From Candidatus Kuenenia stuttgartensis (GTDB taxonomy: Bacteria; Planctomycetota; Phycisphaerae; Sedimentisphaerales; CAMDDF01): a stretch of 50,428 nucleotides of DNA. The stretch's first letter is position 1; each line of letters starts with the position of its first letter. The position numbers and the translations under genes are program-made. Of this stretch, positions 1 through 8,916 are shown one piece after another. The stretch lies in NCBI GenBank assembly GCA_945890885.1, contig CAMDDF010000002.1, positions 1-50,428 of the forward strand, given 5' to 3'. The notes beneath the pieces were generated by a model. The model made no database searches, was not told the origin of the DNA, and saw only the letters and a program-made list of their open reading frames with translations.

Positions 1-729
1 AAAACCTTCATCGTCTGTTGCAAGCGAAAGAATATTTTTGTCTTTGGCCTGATAAAGAATTTTGCCGCTGTAATTCTTTTTGTTTTTGGATATTTCATAA
101 ATATTCCCTTTGGGGCCGGTGCCCAGATACAGCTTATCTTTGCCTTTACAAGCTATCGCAAATATGTAATTTGCATCGTTCGGCTCAAAAACCGTATTGA
201 AAGTTTCGCCGTCATATTTAAGAAGCTGGGCCTTTTGTCCGCTGATTCCTACAAAAAGATTATTCTGTTCATCAACAGCCATCGCGAAAATGTGCTTGTT
301 AGTGATAGATTGCACCTTTTCAGATTTTTTCGAGGCGGCATTGGGGTCATTTGCATCCTGCGGCGAATTTGCATCGTTATCCGCAGGGGGAATATTTTTC
401 AAAGCTGGCTTGCCATATATCTTTGAAATTTTGCCGTCATATTTATAGATCGCCCCGTTAGGACTTGTGCCGAGATAGATAACGCCATTTTTATCAATCG
501 CTAGCGAATTTATAACCCAGCTGTCGTTGAAATCATCCGCAAGAGTTTGAATCTTTCTTGAAAGCGATATTTCGCCATAGCTATTTATGATAACATTTTC
601 GGTCTGCGCATCTTTAGCGGTAAAATCTTCGCGGCTCGTGTGCTTTATAACTTTGCTGCTTACTGCCATTGTCTGCATTGAAGCAGTAACAATTGTTAAA
701 ATGATAAAAAAACATTTGTAGCTGAACAT
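1..729 (-). CDS. Secreted repeat (beta-propeller-like) protein, N-terminal 243 codons; the 3' end runs off the window
   Basis: Minus-strand frame is open from the ATG at 729 (AAGGAG 7 nt upstream) to the window edge. It is absent from the track because it has no stop in the window. My translation is MFSYKCFFIILTIVTASMQTMAVSS... (signal-peptide-like), followed by recurring motifs such as GVIYLGTSPNGAIYKYDG and KLYLGTGPKGNIYEI. Confidence 0.6.
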   Translation of the reverse strand, partial: MFSYKCFFIILTIVTASMQTMAVSSKVIKHTSREDFTAKDAQTENVIINSYGEISLSRKIQTLADDFNDSWVINSLAIDKNGVIYLGTSPNGAIYKYDGKISKIYGKPALKNIPPADNDANSPQDANDPNAASKKSEKVQSITNKHIFAMAVDEQNNLFVGISGQKAQLLKYDGETFNTVFEPNDANYIFAIACKGKDKLYLGTGPKGNIYEISKNKKNYSGKILYQAKDKNILSLATDDEGF

Positions 730-744
730 CCTGGCTCCTTATTA

Positions 745-2526
745 TTATTTTTCAACATTAATATCTATGCTTATTTCGTTCATTATTATGTCATTGGTTG
801 CTATATTCTGCTCAATCCATCTCCCGTAAGGTGTTGGTTGAATGCTCCTTTTGGGACTATCCAGCACAAGCATCTTGCTTGGTGGAAATGCTGGCAGTTC
901 TGCCCTTTCCAGGCTGAATCCATCCGAGCCAAGCTCCAGAATGACATACATATTTTTGCGAGGCGTACTGACAGATTTTTTGATTACATCGATGAGGCTT
1001 TCGATGCTATCGGCAACAAATCGCTGCGGCATAGATTTTATCATAAATTTTCGATAATAATCCTGCCCGCAAACTGTCAGTTTGTATTTGCCGTCTTTTA
1101 TATCGTCCGGCACTTTAAGAGTTATCTCGTTGCTCGATTTGCCGCCGAGATATTTTTCCGTGATGATACTAACCTTAATTTCCTGACCCGGCTTAAGTTT
1201 CGTATCAGAAACAGCTATTTTATTTATCGTTGAAATACTGTGGCGTTTTTCCGTATCTATCTGGAAATCTATCGAATTTATTTTAACCTTCTTGTAAGGA
1301 TTATCCATTATTGCCGCAAGAATCCCGAGCCATTCATACGCGATGGGAGTAAACCCTTGATTGCACAGAAAATTTTCGTACTCGATATTTTCATAGCCAT
1401 CAATATCTATGCTGCATTTGTATTTTATCAGGTGTTCGTCCGGCAGGCCGCTCTTCATTTCAGCTGCACCAAGCATTGCCACGTTAGCCAACATCGGCGT
1501 AAGTTTCGGATGCACCGCCAGCATACAATTGTATTTTCGCGGAATATCGTTGTATGCATTTATAGTAATCCCAAGCCGAATGAGCGGGGCCTGCTCTCCG
1601 ATAATTCCGAATATCGCTGTTGATTCATCATTTCTGAACGCCCCCGTGATTTTCCCTGCCTGGCCGAGTTTAAATGATGTCGTTATAGTCGATACAACTG
1701 TATGGACATATCCGTTAGACATCGGCAAATCAATCGCGCCTTGTCCTATAAAGGGATGTCCAAATGCATAAACTTTATTGCCGTCAACCTCGGTTACCGT
1801 TCCAAGAGCGTTTATTGAGATATCGCCGCTGACAAAAGGAATGCAAACAGTGCTTCCCTGCTCAAGTTTTACATCGAGGTCAGGAATCGCTCCTGATGGG
1901 CTTGACGAGAAAACCTTGAATTTGTTTTGGCCTAAAAAATCATAGAGAAATTTTTCTTCGTTTGCGCCAAGCGATGTTATTAGCGGCATCAATGATTCCT
2001 GCTGGCTGCCCAGAGAAAATGAACGCCTGTATGCATCTACGACATTATCAATTGAAAAAGGCTTTGAATAATCGAGGTTCAGGCCGCCAGAGCCGCCAGA
2101 TGGCAAAGTCTGTTTAATTTCCGAGGTTGTCAGCATTTCTTCGATAGGGGTTACGCCGTAAAGCGGGTCTTTAGAGTAACTAAATCCTACCGCAAGTGCC
2201 CCAGCCAGCCTGCCGTCAATATATACCGGCGATCCGCTGCATCCCGCAACTGGGCCGGTATGTTTGAATCGCTCGTCAAGTCCCATAACCAGTATGGTAT
2301 TTTTGCCGCCGGATGAAAAAATATCGGGCTTTGCATTTTTAACGATGCTAATTACCTCCATTTCGAACTTTTCGATGTTGGTACCTTGGTAAACGGTCAG
2401 ACAGTATGCCTTGTCGCCGGACTTGATTTCATCTATGCCGATATATTTTGTCCTGTCCAGCTCTGAAAAGGATACCTGAGAAAATAAAAATAAAAACAGG
2501 TAAGCCAATGTCCACTTAAAATTCAT
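745..2526 (-). CDS. Secreted serine-peptidase-like protein (SpoIVB/S55-type G-x-S-G-S-P motif)
   Basis: 593-aa track ORF with signal-like N-terminus MNFKWTLAYLFLFLFSQVSFS. The motif TGPVAGCSGSPVYIDGRLAGAL resembles the catalytic-serine motif of S55/trypsin-fold peptidases. A 15-nt gap separates it from the downstream gene starting at 729, so they probably form an operon. Confidence 0.7.
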   Translation of the reverse strand: MNFKWTLAYLFLFLFSQVSFSELDRTKYIGIDEIKSGDKAYCLTVYQGTNIEKFEMEVISIVKNAKPDIFSSGGKNTILVMGLDERFKHTGPVAGCSGSPVYIDGRLAGALAVGFSYSKDPLYGVTPIEEMLTTSEIKQTLPSGGSGGLNLDYSKPFSIDNVVDAYRRSFSLGSQQESLMPLITSLGANEEKFLYDFLGQNKFKVFSSSPSGAIPDLDVKLEQGSTVCIPFVSGDISINALGTVTEVDGNKVYAFGHPFIGQGAIDLPMSNGYVHTVVSTITTSFKLGQAGKITGAFRNDESTAIFGIIGEQAPLIRLGITINAYNDIPRKYNCMLAVHPKLTPMLANVAMLGAAEMKSGLPDEHLIKYKCSIDIDGYENIEYENFLCNQGFTPIAYEWLGILAAIMDNPYKKVKINSIDFQIDTEKRHSISTINKIAVSDTKLKPGQEIKVSIITEKYLGGKSSNEITLKVPDDIKDGKYKLTVCGQDYYRKFMIKSMPQRFVADSIESLIDVIKKSVSTPRKNMYVILELGSDGFSLERAELPAFPPSKMLVLDSPKRSIQPTPYGRWIEQNIATNDIIMNEISIDINVEK

Positions 2527-2613
2527 TAAAACCAGCCTTTCGTATTCTTTGCTGTGCGATACTCGTAATTATAAAGGAATTATTTCGAAAATTTTAGTAT
2601 TGATAATGAACTA

Positions 2614-2642
2614 TTGCAAGTTAAAAGCATTTTATGTATAAT
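2614..2642 (+). promoter_or_regulatory. Sigma70-type promoter for the TPR-like/rluD operon
   Basis: TTGCAA (2614-2619), a 17-nt spacer, then TATAAT (2637-2642). It lies 43 nt upstream of the ATG at 2685, in a divergent intergenic region. Confidence 0.55.
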
Positions 2643-2684
2643 CCCCTGTCTTTAAATTAAAAGAAATTAAAAACGAGGTGCTAA

Positions 2685-3464
2685 ATGAAATCTGAACATC
2701 GACATGAACTTCATACAAACGAGCTTGCAAAATGGATATCAGAGTTTCCGGAATATGTACAGCGGAACCAGAAAATGATTATTTACGTCGCTGTCGTTAT
2801 TGTACTGGTAATTATCAGTGCCTGGTTGACGGTTTTCAAAAATAAGGGCCAGGCTCTTCAGTCTCAGGCTCAGGCGGTTATCAATATTCAGGAATCTGTG
2901 GGAGATAAATACAAAGTAATACAATCTGCCCAGGATGGAACTGACAATTCGATGCTGCTTTCCAGCAGGACATCAAAGCTCATCGCAGAATCTGAATTGG
3001 TTGACAATCCTAATCTTAAGGCACTCATTTATATTAAAGCCGCCGATTTACTCCGGGCCGAGTTGATGTTCAAAGCTGTTCAGCCCGAAAAGCCTGTTAT
3101 TGAAAATCAGCTTAAAAAAGCATCTGAGTATTACAATACTGCCATTAAACTTGCAGACGAGAATAAAAATCTTGTCGCTATGGCAAAACTTGGCCTTGGA
3201 CTCTGCCAGGAGGATATTGGAAATTTTGACGAAGCTGCGAAAATTTACTCCGAAATCGCTACTGATTCTCAATACAAGGCAAGTGGTGCTTTTTACGAAG
3301 CCGGTCTAAGACTTAGCACGATAGGCGATTACAAAACACCGGTTGCCTTTGCCCCGGCACCTCCTAAGCCGCAAGTAGCTGAAGATGCCAATACGCCAGA
3401 GCTTGCTCCTGAAATTCTTGAGGGACTTAACATTGCACCGGCGGCGGAAGTGAACGCAAATTAA
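2685..3464 (+). CDS. Membrane-anchored TPR-like protein (YfgM-like architecture)
   Basis: 259-aa ORF with GAGGTG before the ATG. It has a short cytoplasmic N-terminus, one TM helix (IIYVAVVIVLVIISAWLTVF), a helical-repeat region (ALGLGLCQEDIGNFDEAAKIYSEIA) and a Pro/Ala-rich tail. Confidence 0.6.
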   Translation: MKSEHRHELHTNELAKWISEFPEYVQRNQKMIIYVAVVIVLVIISAWLTVFKNKGQALQSQAQAVINIQESVGDKYKVIQSAQDGTDNSMLLSSRTSKLIAESELVDNPNLKALIYIKAADLLRAELMFKAVQPEKPVIENQLKKASEYYNTAIKLADENKNLVAMAKLGLGLCQEDIGNFDEAAKIYSEIATDSQYKASGAFYEAGLRLSTIGDYKTPVAFAPAPPKPQVAEDANTPELAPEILEGLNIAPAAEVNAN

Positions 3465-3465
3465 G

Positions 3466-4545
3466 TTGCCGATGGAAGACTTCCCAGATAATAATCCCGA
3501 GCCGGAAATAGATGATGACAGCGTTATCATAGAGCCTGAAGAAGCAGAAATTGAAGGCGATTTTGAAGGCGGCGAGCATTTGCAGCTGTGCGTCGGTATG
3601 GGCATACGGCAGCGCAGACTTGATAAATATCTAAACGGCAGATTTGGCCAATTTAGCAGAACGACAATACAGCGGCTTATAAAAGAGCAGGGCGTTACTG
3701 TCAACGGTAAACCTGCAAAAGCCAGCCAGAAACTCAATCCGAAAGACCTTGTTGATCTTATCGTTCCGCCAAGGCCAGTCAGGGAGTTGGTGCCAGAAGA
3801 CATTCCGCTCGATGTAATTTACGAAGACGAATCGATTATCGTAATAAACAAGCAGGCCAATATTATCTGCCATCCCGCTCGCGGCAACACTCGCGGTACG
3901 CTTGTAAATGCGCTGGTTTTTCACGCAAACAAGATTGCAACAGTTGGTGAAGATTTCCGCCCGGGCATAGTTCATCGACTTGACCGAAATACCACTGGCG
4001 TTATGGTTGTTGCAAAAGATGAGGTCGCGCACTGGCGAATATCGAAGCAATTTCACGACCGAACGACAAGAAAAAGCTATCTTGCGATAACTCACGGCTG
4101 TCCGGAACTTGACGGCGACTGCATCAATCAGCCGCTGGGAGTCCATCCCGGCAGAAGGGAAAAATACGCAATAAGGCATGACATCGGCAAAGAAGCCATT
4201 ACCTTTTACGAGGTGCTTGAACGCTTCAAAGGTTTCGCCCTTGTGCATGTAAAGCCCAGAACCGGTAGAACGCACCAGATACGAATCCATTTAGCACACA
4301 TCAAGAATCCAATCGTCGCTGACGATATGTACGGCGGCAAGCTGGTTTATCCATGGCAGATGGAAAATCGTGAGCCTGCGGTGGAAGAGCCGATTATTTC
4401 CAGATGCGCACTTCACGCCTGGCAGCTTGAGATAACCCATCCCGAAACCAACGAGAGAATGAAATTTGAAGCTCCTTTGCCGCCAGATATGCAATTGATG
4501 CTTGAAGAGTTGCGAAAGTATCGATGCCTCAAAAAGGCGAAATAG
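3466..4545 (+). CDS. rluD: RluA-family 23S rRNA pseudouridine synthase (RluD-like, with N-terminal S4 domain)
   Basis: S4-like segment RLDKYLNGRFGQFSRTTIQRLIKEQGVTVNGKPAK and catalytic motif HRLDRNTTGVMVVAK. The track start at 3466 is TTG. The in-frame ATG at 3472 is an equally plausible start. Confidence 0.88.
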   Translation: MPMEDFPDNNPEPEIDDDSVIIEPEEAEIEGDFEGGEHLQLCVGMGIRQRRLDKYLNGRFGQFSRTTIQRLIKEQGVTVNGKPAKASQKLNPKDLVDLIVPPRPVRELVPEDIPLDVIYEDESIIVINKQANIICHPARGNTRGTLVNALVFHANKIATVGEDFRPGIVHRLDRNTTGVMVVAKDEVAHWRISKQFHDRTTRKSYLAITHGCPELDGDCINQPLGVHPGRREKYAIRHDIGKEAITFYEVLERFKGFALVHVKPRTGRTHQIRIHLAHIKNPIVADDMYGGKLVYPWQMENREPAVEEPIISRCALHAWQLEITHPETNERMKFEAPLPPDMQLMLEELRKYRCLKKAK

Positions 4546-4593
4546 TTGCAATTGCTCTAAACAAGTAATCCTGTTCAGCGTTTGCGTTTTCTG

Positions 4594-6045
4594 CTATACG
4601 CCTCTCAAGATTTCTCTTACTGCGTGTAAATCTTCCAACTCTGCAAGAACCATCAATGTATCGTATGGCTCAAGTTTTGTGTTGCCTCTTGGCACGACAA
4701 ACCTGTTGCCCCTGCGAATCAGCAGCACAAGTGCATCCTTAGGCAATCCTATCTGCGAAATATTTTTACCGACCACCGAAGATTCCGGCAGGATTTCATA
4801 CTCGCGCGTCTGGGTATCTACATCGTGAGTTTTATCAAATTCCAGCGGATAACGCGGCTTATTTACCAGAGGATAATAAAGCTTCAACCAGCGAGCCAGC
4901 GGTAAAAGCAGCTTACCTTGAAGTAAAACAGACGTTAGTACAACAAAGAAAACTATATTGAACATTCTGTCCGAGCCTGGATAGCCTGCCGCCAGCGGAA
5001 ACATTGCAAGGACAATCGGAACAGAACCCCGCAAGCCGACCAACGCCACAAGCAGTTGCTCCTTTAATGAAAAACTGCTTTTGATCAGGCACAGGAAAAC
5101 CGCTATCGGCCTTGCCGCGAGCATCAAAAATGCCGAAATCAGCAGACCCGGCCCTGCCACGCCCGGCAGATGCGAAGGATAAACCAGCAGGCCGAGAATA
5201 GTAAACATCGTGATTTGCATTAGCCAGGCCAAGCCATTATGAAAACGTATCAGGTTGCGTTTATAAATGAAATCGTTATTGCCCAGTACCAGTCCGAATA
5301 GATACACCGCAAGAAAGCCGTTTCCCCTTAGTGATTCAGCAACGCTGTAAACCAGCAGTACAATCGACATACTTAAAACCGGGTAAAGCCCCTCGTAGTC
5401 GAGACGGATTTTATTAAGAGCATATGAACTGACCTTGCCGAAGCCGACACCAGCTAATGCACCGAATGACATACTAAGCGCAAAGCTGGAAATCATATCG
5501 ACAGCGTTAAACAGTGAAGAGTCAAGGATTCCGATGGCGGTTATTGTAAGAAAAATTGCCATCGGGTCGTTACTGCCGGACTCAAACTCAAGCAGCGGCT
5601 TTAGATTGCCCCGAAGCCCTAAATTCCGTGAGCGAAGAATTGCAAAAACCGCAGCGGCATCGGTAGAGGAGACAATTGCGCCAAGAAGAAAACCTTCCTT
5701 TGGCGGGAATTTCAAAGCTACACATGCAAAAAAACCAACCAGACCAGCGGTAATTAACACTCCCAGAGAAGAAAGCACAATCCCTCGTGATAGTACAGGT
5801 TTGATGCTGACCCAGTCGGTTTCCAGTGCGCCGGAAAATAAAATGTATATAAGCGCTATTGTCCCGATAAACTTGGCTAACCCCGCGTCATCAAAATATA
5901 TCCCACCGATTCCGTCCGAGCCTGCAAGCATCCCAATACCCATAAAGAGGATCAGGGCAGGTATTCCGAATCTTTCTGATACTTTGCTCGAAAGAATACC
6001 AAGCAACAGTAAAACAGACGCTATCAAAATATAATATGTTGCCAC
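4594..6045 (-). CDS. K+/H+ antiporter, CPA1 family (NhaP2/CvrA-like) with C-terminal TrkA-C domain
   Basis: 483-aa polytopic ORF. The N-terminus ...SERFGIPALILFMGIGMLAGSDGIGGIYFDD resembles NhaP2/CvrA. The C-terminus EYEILPESSVVGKNISQIGLPKDALVLLIRRGNRFVVPRGNTKLEPYDTLMVLA looks like a TrkA-C (RCK_C) fold. Confidence 0.85.
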   Translation of the reverse strand: MATYYILIASVLLLLGILSSKVSERFGIPALILFMGIGMLAGSDGIGGIYFDDAGLAKFIGTIALIYILFSGALETDWVSIKPVLSRGIVLSSLGVLITAGLVGFFACVALKFPPKEGFLLGAIVSSTDAAAVFAILRSRNLGLRGNLKPLLEFESGSNDPMAIFLTITAIGILDSSLFNAVDMISSFALSMSFGALAGVGFGKVSSYALNKIRLDYEGLYPVLSMSIVLLVYSVAESLRGNGFLAVYLFGLVLGNNDFIYKRNLIRFHNGLAWLMQITMFTILGLLVYPSHLPGVAGPGLLISAFLMLAARPIAVFLCLIKSSFSLKEQLLVALVGLRGSVPIVLAMFPLAAGYPGSDRMFNIVFFVVLTSVLLQGKLLLPLARWLKLYYPLVNKPRYPLEFDKTHDVDTQTREYEILPESSVVGKNISQIGLPKDALVLLIRRGNRFVVPRGNTKLEPYDTLMVLAELEDLHAVREILRGV

Positions 6046-6364
6046 GTGAACAAAGTCCTTTTTGCTATTATATCGATTTGCTGTGAAAATTTAATGTAAC
6101 TTACTACGGAATAAGCAATTACGCAAACAAAAAATTAAAAATGCTGATTCTGGAAAATTCCGCACCGCCGTCGATTTAGTATAAGGCCTGTTTTTATATG
6201 CGGTAAATTATTATATCGTAAAAAAAAGAGGCGATTCTGAAATATATTTGATGAATGAAAGGCACGTGCCACCGAAAAGAAAAGCGCATCTCTGTCATTT
6301 TTTCTGACGGCAGATACTCAATAATAAATGAAAAAGCCATGTTGTTTGCTGTTTTAATCATGTA

Positions 6365-6382
6365 GTGTGAAAAAAATCACAA
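6365..6382. promoter_or_regulatory. Perfect inverted repeat TGTGA-N6-TCACA (candidate Rex or CRP/FNR-family operator)
   Basis: gTGTGAaaaaaaTCACAa at 6366-6381, ending 7 nt upstream of the -35 box of the hydrogenase promoter. Confidence 0.5.
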
Positions 6383-6388
6383 TAGTAT

Positions 6389-6417
6389 TTGACAAAGCAA
6401 CAATAGTTTGTTATATT
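6389..6417 (+). promoter_or_regulatory. Near-consensus sigma70 promoter of the hydrogenase operon
   Basis: TTGACA (6389-6394), exactly 17 nt, then TATATT (6412-6417), about 70 nt upstream of the ATG at 6489. Confidence 0.6.
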
Positions 6418-6488
6418 TTTAACGAATAGACAGCTAAATGCTCTTTAGGCACTGTTTTTAGAAAGAATAAGTTAGATTTGAGGTAATT

Positions 6489-7001
6489 ATGCAAGAAACG
6501 AAATGTAAATGCGGCGGAAATGAGTCTGCTAGAAAATTTGAGAAAGTTTGTCATATTCTGGATTCTCATAGTCGCGAAAAGAACAAGCTAATTCCGATTC
6601 TTCAGGAAATTCAGGCTGAATATCGGTATCTGCCGGAAGAGGTAATGACTTTTGTTGCCACATGCTTAGACTTGTCGCCTGCAAGGGTGTATGGGGTTGC
6701 AAGTTTTTATGCCAATTTTGCATTGAAGCCCAAGGGCAAGCATGTTGTACATGTTTGCGACGGGACGGCTTGCCATGTTAAAGGTTCTGAGGATATTAAG
6801 GATGCTCTGCAGAAAAGGCTTGGTCTTACCGATGACAAAAGCACTACTGAAGATATGCTTTTTACCCTGGAGCCTGTTTCGTGTCTTGGGGCTTGCGGGC
6901 TGGCGCCTGTCATCACAATTGACAACAAAGTTTATGGTCAACTTACCCCGGCTGATGCAGTCAGGCTTATTGATGAGGTAATTGCTAAGGAGGCAGAATA
7001 G
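6489..7001 (+). CDS. NuoE/HndA-like [2Fe-2S] thioredoxin-fold subunit of NADH-linked [FeFe]-hydrogenase
   Basis: 170 aa. NuoE cysteine pattern VCDGTAC ... SCLGACGLAPV. GAGGT lies before the ATG. The stop overlaps the next start (TAGTG). Confidence 0.9.
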   Translation: MQETKCKCGGNESARKFEKVCHILDSHSREKNKLIPILQEIQAEYRYLPEEVMTFVATCLDLSPARVYGVASFYANFALKPKGKHVVHVCDGTACHVKGSEDIKDALQKRLGLTDDKSTTEDMLFTLEPVSCLGACGLAPVITIDNKVYGQLTPADAVRLIDEVIAKEAE

Positions 7002-8902
7002 TGATAGCTGAAAAAATCGATCTTAAAAAAATTGCAGCCGATTATAAAAACAAGGTTCTTCCGATCAAGCGAAGGGTAATTATTTGTGCTGGTACCGGGT
7101 GTGTAGCCAACGGCGCGCTGGAAATTCACGATGCCCTGGTTAAAGAAGTTGAAAATCGGAAACTCAATGTTGTTGTGGATCTGGATAAACATGATTGCGG
7201 CACATCGGATGTTTTTGTTTCCAAAAGCGGATGTCAGGGATTTTGTCAGGCAGGCCCATTGGTAACTGTAGAACCGGAAGGTTATCTTTATGTGCATGTC
7301 AAGGTGGACGATGTTAAAGAGATTGTTGACGAAACGCTTGTCAATAATAGGCTTGTAGAGCGGTTGGTTTACCGTGAGCCAGGCACCGATATCAAACATG
7401 CAAGGACTTCTGAAATTCCTTTCTATGCCAAGCAGAACAGGTTTGTGCTTGGCCAATGCGGATTTCTTGATCCCGAAAGCATTGACGAATACATTGCAAA
7501 TGAAGGTTATTGGGCAGCAGAAAAAGCTTATGCATCAATGACACCTGAGAACATTTGTCAAGTTGTTTTTGATTCCGGTTTGAGAGGCAGAGGCGGTGGT
7601 GGCTTCTCTACTGGCAGGAAATGGCAGTTTGCACTGGCTCAGGACAATGATAAAAAATATGTGATATGTAATGGTGACGAAGGAGATCCTGGCGCATTTA
7701 TGGACAGGAGTCTTATGGAGGGCAATCCGCATAGGGTTATCGAAGGCATCATAATTGCAGCCAGAGCGATCGGTGCTGATGAAGCCTTTATTTATGTTCG
7801 AACCGAGTATCCTCTTGCGGTAAAGAGGATAAGAAAAGCCGTTTGTGATGCTGAGTCTTACGGAATACTTGGTAAGGATATTTTTGGTTCGGGTTATAAT
7901 ATAAAATGTAATGTTATGGAAGGTGCTGGAGCTTTTGTTTGCGGCGAGGAGACTGCCCTGATAGCTTCTATCGAAGGTAAACGCGGTATGCCGATGCCAA
8001 AGCCACCTTTTCCCGCACAGAAAGGATTGCTGGGCAAGCCGACGGTTATTAACAATGTTGAGACGCTTGCTACCGTCCCGCTTATTATTTCAAAGGGTAA
8101 AGATGCCTTCAGAAAGCTTGGTACTGAGAAATCGCCAGGAACAAAAACATTTGCTTTGACCGGATATGTTGCAAATACAGGATTGATAGAAGTGCCGTTT
8201 GGAACGACGTTACGGAAAATTATCTTTGATATTGGCGGCGGCGTAACGGACAAGCTGGGCAATATTATAGAAAATGGCTTCAAGGCAGTGCAGATCGGCG
8301 GGCCCTCCGGCGGTTGCCTTACCGAGGAGCATCTTGATCTTCAGCTTGATTTCGATTCGGCAAAAAGTATCGGAGCAATGATAGGTTCCGGTGGTCTTGT
8401 TGTAATGAATAAAGAAACCTGTATGGTTCAGGTTGCTCATTTTTTCATGCGGTTTACGCAAAAAGAATCTTGCGGAAAATGTGTTCCATGCAGAGAAGGC
8501 ACTAAACAGATGTTGAATCTGCTGGATGATGTTCAACAGGGCAAAGCTAACGCAGCCACACTCGATTTGCTGCAAGATTTGGCTGGGGCGGTTTCAAAAG
8601 GTTCGCTATGCGGCCTTGGTAAAACGGCGCCTAATCCTATTTTTAGTACGTTGAAATATTTTCGTAAAGAATATGAAGCACATGTATTACATGGGCATTG
8701 TCCTGCGGGTAAATGTAAAGCTTTTGCATTGCCGGAAATACTTGCTGAACTATGCAAGGGTTGCACCGCTTGCAAGAGAAAGTGTCCTGTTGGTGCGATC
8801 AGCGGAGAAAAAGGCAAGCCGCACAAGATAGATGCTGATAAATGCATCAAGTGCGGAAGTTGTGTTGCGGCGTGTAAGTTTAGCGCGATCATTGGAATTT
8901 AG
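7001..8902 (+). CDS. NuoF/HydB-like flavoprotein subunit (NADH/FMN-binding, Fe-S) of [FeFe]-hydrogenase
   Basis: 633 aa, GTG start with AGGAGG 9 nt upstream. It has an N-terminal thioredoxin-like 2Fe-2S domain (CAGTGCVANGA...CQGFCQAGP), a NuoF core (GLRGRGGGGFSTGRKW, CNGDEGDPGAFMDR, ESCGKCVPCREG) and a C-terminal 2x[4Fe-4S] ferredoxin (CKGCTACKRKCP, CIKCGSCVAACK). Confidence 0.92.
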   Translation: MIAEKIDLKKIAADYKNKVLPIKRRVIICAGTGCVANGALEIHDALVKEVENRKLNVVVDLDKHDCGTSDVFVSKSGCQGFCQAGPLVTVEPEGYLYVHVKVDDVKEIVDETLVNNRLVERLVYREPGTDIKHARTSEIPFYAKQNRFVLGQCGFLDPESIDEYIANEGYWAAEKAYASMTPENICQVVFDSGLRGRGGGGFSTGRKWQFALAQDNDKKYVICNGDEGDPGAFMDRSLMEGNPHRVIEGIIIAARAIGADEAFIYVRTEYPLAVKRIRKAVCDAESYGILGKDIFGSGYNIKCNVMEGAGAFVCGEETALIASIEGKRGMPMPKPPFPAQKGLLGKPTVINNVETLATVPLIISKGKDAFRKLGTEKSPGTKTFALTGYVANTGLIEVPFGTTLRKIIFDIGGGVTDKLGNIIENGFKAVQIGGPSGGCLTEEHLDLQLDFDSAKSIGAMIGSGGLVVMNKETCMVQVAHFFMRFTQKESCGKCVPCREGTKQMLNLLDDVQQGKANAATLDLLQDLAGAVSKGSLCGLGKTAPNPIFSTLKYFRKEYEAHVLHGHCPAGKCKAFALPEILAELCKGCTACKRKCPVGAISGEKGKPHKIDADKCIKCGSCVAACKFSAIIGI

Positions 8903-8916
8903 CTAAGGGTACGATA

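Noticed and set aside
3631-4290. 219-aa minus-strand ORF (plus 5435-6034 on the plus strand, 6938-7456 and 39813-40412 on the minus strand)
   Set aside because: Each lies fully inside and antisense to a confidently identified gene (rluD, the antiporter, the nuoF-like gene, rpsE/rplO), and none shows conserved motifs.
6261-6270. 10-bp perfect palindrome GGCACGTGCC in the divergent antiporter/hydrogenase intergenic region
   Set aside because: It is short, isolated and about 120 nt from the identified promoter. It could be a binding site, but nothing in the sequence supports a specific assignment.
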